From contig OZ024759.1 of NCBI GenBank assembly GCA_964016885.1, forward strand, positions 33,728,001-33,792,000: DNA of 64,000 bases, written 5' to 3'. Shown one piece after another: positions 1 through 14,971 of the stretch. The position numbers and the translations under genes were made by a program. Under the pieces are notes generated by a model. It did no database searches. It saw only the letters and a list, made by a program, of their open reading frames with translations, and had not been told where the DNA came from. The first letter of the stretch is position 1; each line of letters opens with the position of its first letter. The DNA comes from Eledone cirrhosa. Lineage: Eukaryota.

Positions 1-317
1 TAGTCAACCACTGGTCTTACTTTATGACTGCGAAGATGACTTTCGAGTCCAGCTTTGCTTAGGCAGAGTCTCGCACAGACGCTGCATGTCAGAAACATAG
101 GAGGACCCTCGCCGTCTGGAAGTGCAACAGCAATACCCTTCCTCACGTCCCGCTTTACTTTCTCGTGTGCGATTCGAGATGCCTCAAAGGCAACTTTTCC
201 CTCATATACAGTCTTTCTCCATTTATTACGATCAGCAGCAATATTTTCCCATGTATCAGCAGAGATGTTAGCGTCTTTCAGAGAGGCCTTCAAGGAATCC
301 TTATACCTCTTTTTTGT
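1..317 (-). mobile_element. RTE-clade LINE, 5'-truncated C-terminal ORF fragment continuing past the window start
   Basis: Minus-strand translation with no stops: KKRYKDSLKASLKDANISADTWENIAADRNKWRKTVYEG...CSVCARLCLSKAGLESHLRSH. This is the RTE 'RYKD..K...WE..A.DR..WR' motif followed by a C2H2 finger. The 5' junction abuts (TACA)n at 318-350. Confidence 0.85.
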
Positions 318-324
318 ACATACA

Positions 325-360
<36 letters not shown>

Positions 361-518
361 TAACTAGAATACGCAGCACAACTGCCAATTTAACATATCA
401 AAGTTTGCTCAACTGAAGTAATTGGAATTAAAGAGTTATACATACATGCACTAAACTATTCTAACCATACTAAACCTATAAAGCCCAACTGAGGGCACAG
501 ATAGATTGGTAAGGCAGT

Positions 519-840
519 CGCTGGTGGATCTCACCATTGATGAGAGCCCGAGGCAATTGTCACCTTGCGAGTGCGCATTAAACCCGGCCCTGGTGTGGTG
601 TGTGTAAATAATAAAATACTAAAGGCGTTGCTGGTGGAGGTCCCCATTGCAGGGAGCCCAGAGCAATTGCCCAGCTTGCGACTCCACCCCATTAAATCCG
701 GCCCTGGTGTGGTGTGTGTAAATAATAAAATGCTAAAGGCGTTGCTGGTGGAGTTCCCCATTGCAGGGAGCCCAGAGCAATTGCCCAGCTTGCGACTCCA
801 CCCCATTAAACCCGGCCCTGGTGTGGTGTGTGTAAATAAT
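519..840. repeat. 114-bp tandem repeat, about 2.8 copies
   Basis: ctggtgg at 521/631/745 and aataat at 607/721/835; units contain ttaaa(c/t)ccggccctgg. Confidence 0.9.
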
Positions 841-1187
841 AGATAACATATAACATTTTATGAATAGAATCATAAACGCAGAGCTAACGAAACAAATTGT
901 ATTCGTGAAACCTTGTCATGAAAATTAGAAAAAATCCACATCCAAGTATATATTTGTGTTATATATTCAATATACACCCTTTACTTCTATATTTAGTCCA
1001 TATTGTTACGTGTGGCTTCCTGTCTGATAGAAATAAAGTCACTAAACTATACTTCTATAGTTATATTATAGATATCTTTCAACGTACGATTGTCTATTTT
1101 AGTATTGAACATCGCAATTTCTTAACTTTCACGCAGGTAGATATGTTTGATAGACGTCAGAATTACACACACACACATATAAATATG

Positions 1188-1231
<44 letters not shown>

Positions 1232-1679
1232 TGTGCGTGTGTGTGTATGTGTGTGGGTGTGTGTGTGTGCGCGTGTGTGTGTGTGTGTGTGTGTCTATGT
1301 GTGCCTATGTATAAGTTCGTGTGTTTGTGGATGAATTTATATATTGAACGGCGTAGGAACTAAATAAAGGTTAGAAACAATTGAATGAGAGAAATGTAAA
1401 ACAAAATACAATATTTCGGTGTGAACATGCTCTTATTATAAGAAATATTTATATATATATAGTTGTAATATCGTGTAAACTACAGTAATATTTTATTTTG
1501 CATCTCCTTACCATCCTTTCCCTCTTCAAATGACTTTCACAGGTTTACCAATCATGTTCCGACAATGTTAACACAATGCCAGCTTTATTTAAATGTGTAA
1601 TCCACCATTCGTTATCTTACTTTCTCCACATCCCCTTATAACACCCTCTCTCTCGGCATCGATATTGATTTTATACCAG

Positions 1680-1791
<112 letters not shown>

Positions 1792-1912
1792 AACACATAC
1801 ATGAAATTATATATACATATATATGTATATATATATATATATATATGTGTGTGTATGCACACATATTCATATAAAGAGCGAGATATACAGAGCTAGTATA
1901 TAATGTACGTAC

Positions 1913-2007
<95 letters not shown>

Positions 2008-2192
2008 CTACATACACACATATACACACACATATATACATATATACATACAATAATGACACTAATACATTTATATGTACCTATAAATTGATTAAACAGT
2101 AAATATAAGTTTCCTGTGTTTACGTCTCCATTCAATCAATTTTAATGACAATTAAATTTTTTTACATATAATTATATTCTACTGGGCTTATT

Positions 2193-2230
<38 letters not shown>

Positions 2231-2324
2231 AAGTATAATCCGGACGGCAGAGCTCAAGTCGTTTCGACGTGAATTTCCGGACTGATATATATATATATAT
2301 ATATATATATACCTATATATATAT

Positions 2325-2468
<144 letters not shown>

Positions 2469-2647
2469 ATATATATATATATACCTATAAATATATATAT
2501 ATATATACCTATAAATATATATATATATATACATATAAATATATATATATATATACCTATAAATATATATATATATATCTATAAATATATATATATATAT
2601 ACCTATAAATATATATATATATATATACCTATACATATATATATATA

Positions 2648-2700
<53 letters not shown>

Positions 2701-2711
2701 ATATATATACC

Positions 2712-2742
<31 letters not shown>

Positions 2743-2871
2743 ATATATATACCTATATATATATAATATATATACCTATATATATATACCTATATATATA
2801 TAAAATATATACCTATATATATATATACCTATATATACACATATATATATACCTATATATATATATATATA

Positions 2872-2939
<68 letters not shown>

Positions 2940-3000
2940 AATATATATATACCTATATATATATATACCTATATATATATATATATCTAAGAACTGACTA

Positions 3001-3063
3001 ACTGCCTGATGAGGTCATAGCCATTCAATGGTTATCATCGAAATATATAAAGCTGTAAATAAA
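3001..3063 (+). ncRNA. degenerate type I hammerhead ribozyme motif
   Basis: actgc-CTGATGA(3006-3012), helix II ggtcatagccat/tca/atggttatcatc, GAAA(3040-3043)-TATATA-AA-gctgt, then AATAAA. U16.1 appears mutated and helix I has a mismatch. Confidence 0.5.
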
Positions 3064-3187
3064 GGATTATGAGTTCATGCAATCGACTTATGTTTCGTCA
3101 CTATATATATATATATATATATATACGCATACAGATATCAACATGTACATACACCTACACATACAAACATATATATGTGTGTGTATA

Positions 3188-3235
<48 letters not shown>

Positions 3236-3292
3236 TTCTATAATATGTGTATGTATTCGTACACATAAAGACATATGTGTATATATATATAC

Positions 3293-3349
<57 letters not shown>

Positions 3350-3437
3350 ATGTAGGAGGTGAGTTTTATTGTAGTTCAATAAAGCAATGCAGATATCGGA
3401 TAAGAAGCACTCTACAGTTTGTAGGACTGGAGTATAC

Positions 3438-3794
<357 letters not shown>

Positions 3795-3800
3795 TATATT

Positions 3801-3876
<76 letters not shown>

Positions 3877-3977
3877 CATATATATATTTATATACTTATA
3901 TTTATGTATATACATATACATATATATATATATATACATATGTCTTTATGTGTACGAATACATACACACATTATAGA

Positions 3978-4024
<47 letters not shown>

Positions 4025-4381
4025 GACATATATGTTTGTATCTGTATGTGTCTGTACGTGTTGATATCTGTATGCGTCACCATATGTTATCATATTTGTG
4101 TAATATCATTACTCATGTTATTATATTTCTTATGTGTCGTATTGTAATTAAAATTATTATTCTATTATCATTATTTTAATTGTCTTCTTCATTATTATTT
4201 TTTTATTGGCATTCATATTTTGTTGTTAATGGTGTTATTGTTGTTATTATTCCGTACAACAAATATATCATTAATGTCTTCTATGGATGGATGTTGTTGT
4301 TGTTGGTGTTGTTGTTGTCGTACTTTTCTTTTTCTATTTTCTCTCTTCTTTGATATTATTATTATTATTATTATTATTATT

Positions 4382-5542
4382 TGCATTTATCTTGCTTTAT
4401 GTTCATACGAGTTATCACCAAGTCACAACCAGTGACCTCAAGAGACAACAAGGTCCGCCATGTTCAAGAAAGAACACACATATTCACACATGTATCCTTA
4501 GTGTTTAGACTTGTGATGTACTTATATTGACAGGATCTCCCTTAGTATATGGGCAGTTCACATTAGTACTATCTTTTGTATTTCTCCTATACGCGGGTTT
4601 CCTGGGATTTGCGATAAGTAGTCGTTAGACCCCTTAGGTATCATTCCTAGAGCGCCTACAACCACTGGTATTGTTTTAGTTCTCAATTTCCACATTTTTC
4701 CAATTTCTATCTCCAGGTCCTTATACTTGCTCAATTTTTCAAATGTTTTTATAGATACATTCTTGTCTATTGGAACAGACATATCAATTAGCAGGCATAC
4801 CCTCCTTTGAAAGTCCTTCAATATTATATCAGGTCTATTTTCATCTATTTTTCGGTCTGTTTGGATGCTAAAGTTCCACAAGATTGAGATGTGATCTTTT
4901 TCAAGTATGGGAGGTGGTTGATGCTCCCACCAATTCTTTTGATGGGGCAGGTCAAAATGCTTACACATTATCCAATGTATGTATTGTGCAGCTCTCTCAT
5001 GCCTGTTTAGGTATTCGGTTGGAGCTATAGGACTGCACATTGAAATTATATGGTCAATGGTCTGTGGTTGTTTTTTGCATACACGGCATAATGGGCTGCA
5101 CCCATTTTTTATTATGTTGGCTTGGTAATTTTTTGTTGGCAGACACTGATCTTGTGCGGATATAATCAGTCCTTCAGTCTCCGATTTCAGTCCAGAGGAT
5201 GCCAACCACTGATGGGTTAAAGTTTTGTCAACATCAGGATTGTTAGCTCGCTCTGGGTATTTTCCATACAGAGGCTTTTCTTGCCATTTCTTAGCCAGTT
5301 TCTGTAGCAGTTCTTTCTTTGCAGTTACTTTTACCTGCTTTGCTTTTTCTGTGTTTTCAATTTCAGCAGTAAATGGGACTTCTGAAATTTGTAGTCCATT
5401 ACTGTATCTTTGTGCATCTTTTGTAATGGAATATGATCTTTTGGTGCTTTCGTGTTTCAAAACGAGTTTGATCATCCAATCATGTGATTCCCTTAGATAT
5501 GTGGATAATCCAATTGTTGCAGTTTTCAACGCAATGTCTAAC
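4382..5542 (-). mobile_element. RLE-type non-LTR retrotransposon (R4/Dong-like), 5'-truncated, inserted in (TAA)n
   Basis: ORF 4558-5529 has a CCHC knuckle (CRVCKKQPQTIDHIISMC), RHERAAQYIH, RPDII..IDMSVP (PD-D/ExK) and KLSKYKDL. It is flanked by (ATT)n at 4354-4381 and 5543-5590. Confidence 0.9.
4522..5529 (-). pseudogene. C-terminal part of retrotransposon ORF (zinc knuckle plus restriction-like endonuclease)
   Basis: The frame continues through TGA at 4558-4560 (IVLM*TAHILREILSI) to TAA at 4522-4524, probably a GGA>TGA nonsense change. Confidence 0.8.
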
Positions 5543-5579
<37 letters not shown>

Positions 5580-5710
5580 GTTATTATTATTAATTCACTA
5601 TTCCTTGTTCACGTTGATATTGTGCTTCTTTTTATTTCTCTTTTTCTTCCCCTCCTTCATCTTTTTATTATTCCTCTTTTCTTCTTTTTCTTCTTCTTCT
5701 TCTTCTGCAG

Positions 5711-5752
<42 letters not shown>

Positions 5753-5814
5753 CAATAGTAGTAAAAGTAGCAGAAGTAGCAGTAACAGCAGTAGTAATAG
5801 CAGTAGTAGAATTG

Positions 5815-5856
<42 letters not shown>

Positions 5857-5886
5857 ATAGCAGTAGTAGAATTGGTAGTAGCAGTT

Positions 5887-5925
<39 letters not shown>

Positions 5926-6018
5926 ATAGTAGTAGTAGTAGTAGTAGTAGTAGTAATAGTAATAGTAGTAGTAGTAGTAGCAGTAGTAATAGCGGTAGTA
6001 GAATTGGTAGTAGCAGTT

Positions 6019-6078
<60 letters not shown>
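5711..6078. repeat. compound (AGT)n microsatellite
   Basis: Visible directly in the sequence; produces poly-S/V/T/L ORFs. Confidence 0.95.
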
Positions 6079-6367
6079 TAGTGTTTGTCTCCATTTTTAC
6101 CACCGTCACAGTTTTCCAATCTCTCTAACCTAAAGTTCAATATTGCTCTTATTATATTTTGGGATAGTTTTTTTTCTTTTTTCTTTTTTAATTGCACTCA
6201 ATGACCTCCAGTAAGTACACTAGATTTACTTAAACATTGCTAGAGACATTTCTAAAATAACAAACACACACACACATTATATATATATATATGCGTGTGT
6301 GTGTGTGTGTGTATACAGACTCACAAACAGACACATACGCACCACGCACATATACACACATACATAT

Positions 6368-6460
<93 letters not shown>

Positions 6461-6502
6461 TATATAAATATATATACATATATATATATATATATAAACA
6501 TA

Positions 6503-6559
<57 letters not shown>

Positions 6560-6605
6560 ATATATATATATATATGTACATATATATATATATAAACATA
6601 TATAT

Positions 6606-6670
<65 letters not shown>

Positions 6671-7052
6671 TTTATATATATATATACATATATATATACA
6701 TATATATATATATGTATATATGGGGGAATGTATGTCTGTGTTTAACATACGAAACAAATATTGTTGACAATTAAATCCACACATAATTGAATACATATAG
6801 ATGTACAAAATGGCTTCATTCTGATCACTAAACATTAACGAGTCTGTATGTATGTGTATACGTATGTATGCGTGTGTATATATATATAAATATTTATATA
6901 TCTGTGTTTGTGTATATGTCTAATGACCCACTGAAAAGTAAGCTATACCACAGACTAAAACAACTCACTATCTAAACTTAATAAAATTAATATTTAAACT
7001 CTACTTCCATAGTGAGTACTTTTTTCCTCAACTGTCAACACCATACTAATAT

Positions 7053-7110
<58 letters not shown>

Positions 7111-7349
7111 TGCAGTACATTCTACAAAAGACAGTTGGCTTTCAATATGGACGATCCATCGGGTACATTTTAATCTGTCATCTCTCTACCACAATTCTAG
7201 CCTCATCTCATTTATGTAATCAATAATTATGTGAAGCCATAAAACAAACCACTTTAAATATACGCCCACCAATCATATTTCCAATCAAATATGACGTAGA
7301 CTTTAGAACAACAAACCCGTTGTCATACTCATATCTCACCCATCACAAA

Positions 7350-8215
7350 TAGTACCAAAACCATCATGACACCACCAAAGTCACAAGCACCACGAAACCA
7401 CCACCAGCACCAACAACGTAACCACTATTAACATGACCACCCCTACACCTACGACAACGATAACATCCCCACCATCACCACCACCACTACAAAAACCTCA
7501 ATCGCCCGCAAATTCATCAATACGAACGTCACGTCCACAAATATTACTATCTATATACTACTAACACCAAGAACTACAACACCAACAACTTCACTATCAC
7601 CATCATCAACACTACCACCAACAACAACACTACCACCAACAACAACACTAACACCATCACTAACACCACCATCATTACTACCACCATCACTATCACTACC
7701 ATCAACATACTACCAACGCCAACAGCACAACCATCAGCACAAACACCAACTCGCCACCGACAACACAACCACCATAATCAACACCATATCTAACACCACC
7801 ATCAACACTACCAACATCACTATCATCACCATCAGCACTACCACCATCACTGTCACCACCATCACCAACACCACCCTCAACACTACCACCATCACTCTCA
7901 CCACCATCACCAACACCACCCTCAACACTACCACCATCACTCTCACCACCATCACCAACACCACCCTCAATACTACCACCATCACTATCACCACCATCAA
8001 CATACTACCAACACCACACCTTCACCACGAAAGCCAACACCACCACCACCATCTCCAGCAACACCATCACTGTCACCATCACCAACACTACCATCAACAA
8101 CAACACAACCAACACAAACACCACCTCGCCACCGACAACAATACCAACACTACCCTTATCACCACGGAAGCCAACATCACCGCCGCCACCACCAGCAACA
8201 ACAACACTATTACAC
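7350..8215. repeat. (CAC/CAA)-rich low-complexity tract with a 45-bp subrepeat near 7850-8000
   Basis: accaccatcaccaacaccaccctcaacactaccaccatcactctc is repeated. Confidence 0.85.
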
Positions 8216-8366
8216 CACATGATAGAGAGGCGCTGCTTTGAAAAAAGGAATGAATCCTATTTCAATATTCCGAAAGTAGGTCTCAGAAAAATAATTAAAA
8301 TCGTGCGTGGGAATCTGATTAGGGAATACACCCCCCCCCGTCACACACACACACGCATACACACAT

Positions 8367-8397
<31 letters not shown>

Positions 8398-8419
8398 CAT
8401 AAGGATAGTTATATATACG

Positions 8420-8601
<182 letters not shown>

Positions 8602-8671
8602 ATATTTGTTGCACTATTACTCTATTACTAGTTCCAACTGAGCAAGACTGAGCCCATGCTGGGGCACCACC

Positions 8672-8705
<34 letters not shown>

Positions 8706-8948
8706 GTAGATAAATCTACCAAGAGTTTACGGTAGTGTCCAATCCGTATGAAGAACTCAATGTAGTCCGGATATCATGGAATATGCATATCTGTTGAATA
8801 TGCATGCCAATTCTAACACATATATATCCTAGAAACGATCGTTAAATAATGAACTTTTTTTGTTTAATATAAGGAACTGTTTCATTGTTTTATTCAATAT
8901 TTTTTTAATATGTATATATATATATATATATAAATAAATATATATATA

Positions 8949-9048
8949 TAGGTGTCCCTAAAATCTTATACACACTTTGATTATCTGTCTAGGCGATATA
9001 TATTAAAATGCTGTTGACTTGTGTACGCGTTTTTGGGGACTCCCTGTA
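8949..9048. mobile_element. Tc1/mariner-like MITE remnant
   Basis: Imperfect TIRs (aggtgtccctaaaa..tacaca / tgtgta..ttttggggactccctg) bounded by TA. Confidence 0.5.
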
Positions 9049-10592
9049 TATATGCGGAAAACCAATATAAAGAGTGTTTACATATACCAATACATTTGTT
9101 TAGAAATCTGTGAAGAAAGCAATATTTTTCATACGAAGTCAAAAATTGAAATATCCCATAAATATTTACTTACCAATTGGGAGGGATCTCATAAAATTGC
9201 GCCAAAGAAACTACATTTCCATTAGCCTTTCCATTGCTGATATTATCCATTCGTCGCAACTCCTGGAAGAAATATGTATTGGATAAATGCATTAAAATAT
9301 TTCTCTCTCTGTAATGTCAAAAATGGTTACAATGAGTGAAAGAGGTTTAGCATGTAAGACAACGTTTGTAGTAAATAAATTTTTCTCTGATTGTTATGAA
9401 AAATATCATTGCGCGTTCTAATCTTGTTAATATAGCAGACCTTTGAAATCATTGAGTGAAAAAGTGATATTTTCTGCTATGAGTTTCGCAAAGACAAGCC
9501 TGCCATTATTATATTTCATTCTGTGTTCAAATCCAGCTAATATAGACTTTACTTGGTAAACGTAATGACAAATTTGTGGACATATCAGGGTAATATATTT
9601 CTATACACCCAGCCCTCGGTAAGTGATATATTGTCGGACAATATAAAGGTGCTTACATCCAACACACCATTAAGTGATTTACGGCACGTCAGTGTGGTCA
9701 TATGTTATTTACTATAGCTGATAACTTTAAATAAATGTCTTGCTTACATCCACTTTTTTGTCGTAGCTTTTGTGATTTAGAAAATACATTGTAGCCCTTA
9801 TTAACGCTTGACAGGACGAAACGACATTGTGGAAGATATATATATATATGTATGTGTGTGTGTATTTTGTCATACGAGTTATTATCTATTACGTTCTATC
9901 TTGGTTTTTATTTTCGTTTATTATCCTCCAATTTCGAAGGAAACGTTCGTTATCACTCATAGCAGAAGTGATATCTTCTGCTTCGACTTTGGCAAAGACA
10001 AATCTGCCATTCTAATATTTTTCTAGAAATGTGTTAACACAACTGACACCTCTGGTTCCAATGTTATTTTCAGATTTTTACAAAATAACTTTATTGTCCT
10101 CGTGCTAAGTTTTATTGTTGTTTTTTTTGTATGTTTTTTTTTTTTTATGTTTAGGATTTTTTTTTTTTTTGATTTTTCAAATTATTATTTCTTAAAATAC
10201 TGTTAAGGAAACGTTGATGAATCTAACAGATTTAATTCCCCGATGTAACATTTTGTGATATCTCCAGAAATTGTACAATTTAACTATAAGACAGCCGTCA
10301 GACCTAGGGTCATTAGTTTCCCGTTTTACCTACTCAAATTCTTCTAATTTGGGAAACTCGGAATATATTTCTTATTAATTATCAATATTCATTCGTCTTC
10401 AACGAAATCTATGAAAAAATCATATACTGTCTGACTTCTGACTACAATTCTGTAGAAAATAGATATTATTGTTGATAAACTTAACTATTCATTCCATGGT
10501 CCTCTTCATTTTCGAAATACTGCACGAAGTTATCGAATGGAAGGATTTTTCAAAGAGGTGTGTGCACGGTTATTATCACCGCTATATATTCT

Positions 10593-10660
10593 CGGACCGG
10601 GTGATGTGTTGTTTGCTTGAGCAAGACACTTTTCACGTTGCTCCAGTTTACTCAGCTAAA
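10593..10660 (+). mobile_element. CORE-type SINE fragment
   Basis: cttgagcaagacacttttcacgttgctccagtttactcagct matches the core of the 25438 copy. Confidence 0.6.
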
Positions 10661-10937
10661 TCACCCAAGACACCTCCAACGAGATTTACTTTGGAGGAAG
10701 CCAGCTAAACATGTATAGGTGTGAGTTGTCACAAACACACTATGGGGTTCCTATTCATAGTAGGACAAAGATCATCTTCAGGATTCTCCGAAGCTGATAT
10801 AGTCAAAATATTTCGTGGACATTTCTATGTCACCTTGATCCTTTCCGTTCAGAAGAGAAATATTGATTATTAATTCATGCGCAAATCTAGCAAATTGGGA
10901 GGTAACAGAAATGTGGATAACAATCAGCTCCGGTAGT

Positions 10938-11083
10938 TGCATGGTACTTTATTTCATCGACCCTATAACGATGAAAGGTATATTTGACCTCGACGAAATT
11001 TTGAGCGTGGGATGTTAAGATTGAGTATAAATACTGCACTGGCATATTATCCATCGTTCTACCAATTCTTCCAATCCATCACC
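10938..11083 (-). mobile_element. Deu/Nin-domain tRNA SINE, degraded
   Basis: ggtactttatttcatcgaccc...gatgaaagg...gacctcg is the reverse complement of the family core. Confidence 0.7.
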
Positions 11084-11580
11084 CTCTTAGAAGCGAAATA
11101 TTGATAACCTTTTTATTTTATAACCATAATATAATCAATAAAATTCCCCATCACCAGTCCATCCATAGCTAAAGATCTTTAATCAATAGAACGGGATGAA
11201 AAATGAAAATTTAATTCATTGGAACTAAAATCATGTTTACAATGGAAAATTGTAACAAAACAATTCTGCAGCCGTGAAATTTTTGTATTCTGGAAAAATA
11301 ACTACCGCTTTAAGAAGTGTTCTCGCATTGAATCCATGATTTCATAATTCTTGTATCTACAAGGGAAAGCTGTTCAGTTTATAGGCTGACGGTGAAGGAG
11401 TGTTGCAAAGGCTGTGAAATCTTGCATGTAGTAATTTCAGAACTTCTAATTAATAACTGCCTTGTTTATTTTCAGGGACTATGTTGAAGAATTAAACCAC
11501 ATTTGGCCATTCCATGAGAGTATCTTGCTGAGGATATGAAGTTGTTCATACATCCTCGTATGTATATATATATATATATA

Positions 11581-11866
11581 TATTAAAATAACAGATTAAA
11601 GTTTAAGAAAAGAATCGCTGCTTTCACCCTTAACGGGGTCTTCTGAATCTTAGTTTCAGAAGATCCCGTTAAGGGTGAAAGCAGCGATTCTTTGCTTAAA
11701 ATTTAATATGTTATTTTAATAAATATTTGGTGTATTTGATGTAAAGTTACCTTGGAAGTGATTTAATTGTCCTATATTTCGGATTCCGCATCCATCAACT
11801 GGGGGTTTTCCGAGGGGGAAAGTTTTTAGTCGGAGAAGGACAACACGTGGCCTCTATTGTCTATCG

Positions 11867-11868
<2 letters not shown>
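11581..11868 (+). mobile_element. fold-back element with ~67-bp arms plus 3' tail between (TA)n tracts
   Basis: Arms 11581-11647 and 11655-11721 with a 7-nt loop; CAGAAGA-tccc-gttaa-gggt-GAAA hammerhead-like core; a second family member lies at ~49998-50075. Confidence 0.65.
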
Positions 11869-11941
<73 letters not shown>

Positions 11942-12879
11942 TATATATATATACACATGTGTGTGTATATATAAAATGTACATACAGAAACACTCGCAGA
12001 CACGGCGCACTTCCCCCACACAAGCACGCAGCCTCCCCCAGCACACACACGTTTAGTTGAAGCAAAGACAAAATCTATCTCTGCAGCGTTTCAACTAAAA
12101 CTATTTCGTCCGATTTTTTTCACAGTTTTTCCGTTTAATTGACTTAATTACTATTAAAATTTAAGAATACATCATTATTTTCTTTATGTGGAATACCATG
12201 GAAGAGAATGATTTCATGTTTCTAAGCTATGTTATTCATATATAGGACAGTTTAGTACCTTGCTAAATTAGGTTCCACTATCAATTTTAGCTAATTGCAA
12301 AATGCTAAGCCGAAATAGATCGGAATTAATATAGTAAAAAGAAAAGAAGAATTTCAAGATAGCGGGTTAACTGGTAGAGGCTTCATTTTGTTTACTAAGC
12401 TGGCAATCTTCCAGCCAAAAAGTACATGTGACTTAAACGTACATTTAAATGACTTTTTACAGAAAGAACTGATTGTTTTTTTTGTATAATTTTCGCTTAA
12501 ATTGGGCAACTAGCAGAGAATGAAGACAGTATATATAAATTATCTTATGCAGATTAATCTATATTTTCCAGTGTGTTTTTTCCAAGTCTGTAATCTTTGA
12601 GTTCATATCATGTCGAGGACAAATTTGTCTTTCCTACTTTGGGGTTGATAAATAAAATAGCTTTTCTGGAATTTGGGTTGGAGATGAAATTCGATTATAT
12701 CGTTCCAAATACTTGACTGCTATATTATATCGATCTCTAAATAGCATAACGGTCGGCAAATTTGGTCACCACAGGATTTGAAACCAGTCCATAATGATTT
12801 GGAAATTATTCTGCAAACCATTTTTTCGGAGTATCTAATGGTTATATAACGCTAGGGACTCATTAATACACCTTTCTGA

Positions 12880-13001
12880 GTTCGCCAGAAGGCAAATGTA
12901 AAGCTAATCTCGGTCGGATTTGAACTCAGAACTAAAAGCAGCAGGACAAATACTGTAAAAGTATGTTAGTTGTCACTCCATCGAGTCTGCTAATCCAGCG
13001 C
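12880..13001 (-). mobile_element. Deu/Nin-domain SINE, degraded
   Basis: ctcggtcggatttgaactcagaac is the reverse complement of the B-box region. Confidence 0.6.
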
Positions 13002-13443
13002 ATCAGAGCCTCTGTTAAAATGCAATCATTTGAAATATTATCTATACTACGGAAATGACTGAAATATTAATTCGTTTTGTTTTCTGCAATTAATAATTGA
13101 AGCATGAAACAATGACTACAATATTTTCATTGTATCTAGATTTGAAACTGCATATATATATATATATGCGTTTACATAAGCGACCATGCGTACATACATA
13201 CATATATACGTACATACATAAATATATACTTGAATTCATGCAGTAATGTATACGTACATACATATAAACGTACGTACATGCATACAGACATTTATACATA
13301 CAATCATAAATATATACATGCATACATACATAGATACACACAAACGAACATACACACAGAAACACACACACACACACATATATATATATAATATATATAT
13401 AGTGGTAGAGATGTGTATATATATATATATATATATTTATATT

Positions 13444-13477
<34 letters not shown>

Positions 13478-13481
13478 TATT

Positions 13482-13537
<56 letters not shown>

Positions 13538-14585
13538 CATTATTTGATGAATTCATTGTTTTCTGTTGTGTAATAGCAAAGATGTTGATGTTGCAGTATT
13601 TGTATTTCTTCTTGTTGTTGTAGTTACATCCCTTTGTTTACATAGCTAATGCATCTCTAGACAAACTATTTTTTTTTCATAAAAGATTTTCGTTCAGATA
13701 ATGTTTATTTATAATTTTTCTCTAATATATTTTGTGTAATATAAAAATCATTATTTGTTGTTTTTTTTATTAATAATTTTCCATATTTTACGATATTTAT
13801 TTTTTTACATAATTTCCCATGTTATTCTCCTAATTAAAGCACGTCCAGAATTTCTGCAATATGTAAATTTTCTTTTGTTATTAACTAATTTCTCACTCTT
13901 TACATCGCTGCATATTATTTTCTCTTCTTCTTCTCAAACATGTTTTCCAGTGCTGTAAAATTATTTCCTATTTCAGCTATAGTAATAATTATTTGATGCG
14001 TTTTTATATAATCCATCTGAGTCATTATACAGTATAATATTTGGCTAATATTTTTTGTTTCTATTTAAGTTATTGATTTGCTTTCGTTTGCTAAATTTTG
14101 ACACGCGTCTAGAATTCTTATCTCCTCAACTCTTATAATATTTTTCTTGCTATGATACTAAACAACGTCCCACATATTTTTTTACCTCCAAATGAAGAGT
14201 GTTGCATTCAAATTTAAAGTGTTATAGAGTGTTGCTTTAAAAACTACTTTATATATGTCTATCTGTGTGTGTGTGTGTGTGTTTGTGTGTGTATGTGTTT
14301 GTTTGTGTATGTGTGTGTATATGTGTGTGTTTGTGTGTGTGTGTTTACCTTTCTCTTTCCTATGCCTCTCTCTCTCTTCCTAGTATGTTCCCCCCCTCTC
14401 TCTCTCTCTGTCTTTGATATATCTGTCTATCTTTGTGTGTGTGACTATTTCTCTCTCTCATGCCTCTCTTTCTCTTCCTATTCTTCATCCTCTCTCTCTC
14501 TCTCTCTCTCTATCTCACTCTGTCTCACTCTGTCTCACTCTGTCACTGTCTATCTTATATACGAGCAGTCTGATGTTGATACTGT

Positions 14586-14629
<44 letters not shown>

Positions 14630-14821
14630 GCCTTTCTTTCAGCCTTACCCTTCACCCCCTCTCTATCTGTTACCCTCTCTTCCTCTCCATGTTAGTGTTA
14701 CTGTTGCATAAATGTTATTGAATTGTTAGCTCCAATATATACACTTCCTCCTCTCCCCCCATTTAAATTTGATGAGATTTATATGTATACAATCCGTCAA
14801 TAAATTGTATACACACTTCAG

Positions 14822-14852
<31 letters not shown>

Positions 14853-14859
<7 letters not shown>

Positions 14860-14907
14860 TGCATCAAGATATCTCAACTTTGCAATCGATCGTTTGTATA
14901 TGTTTGC

Positions 14908-14971
<64 letters not shown>

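Noticed and set aside
1139-1160. 14-nt match to the 5' part of miR-190
   Set aside because: The 3' part diverges and no precursor hairpin is present.
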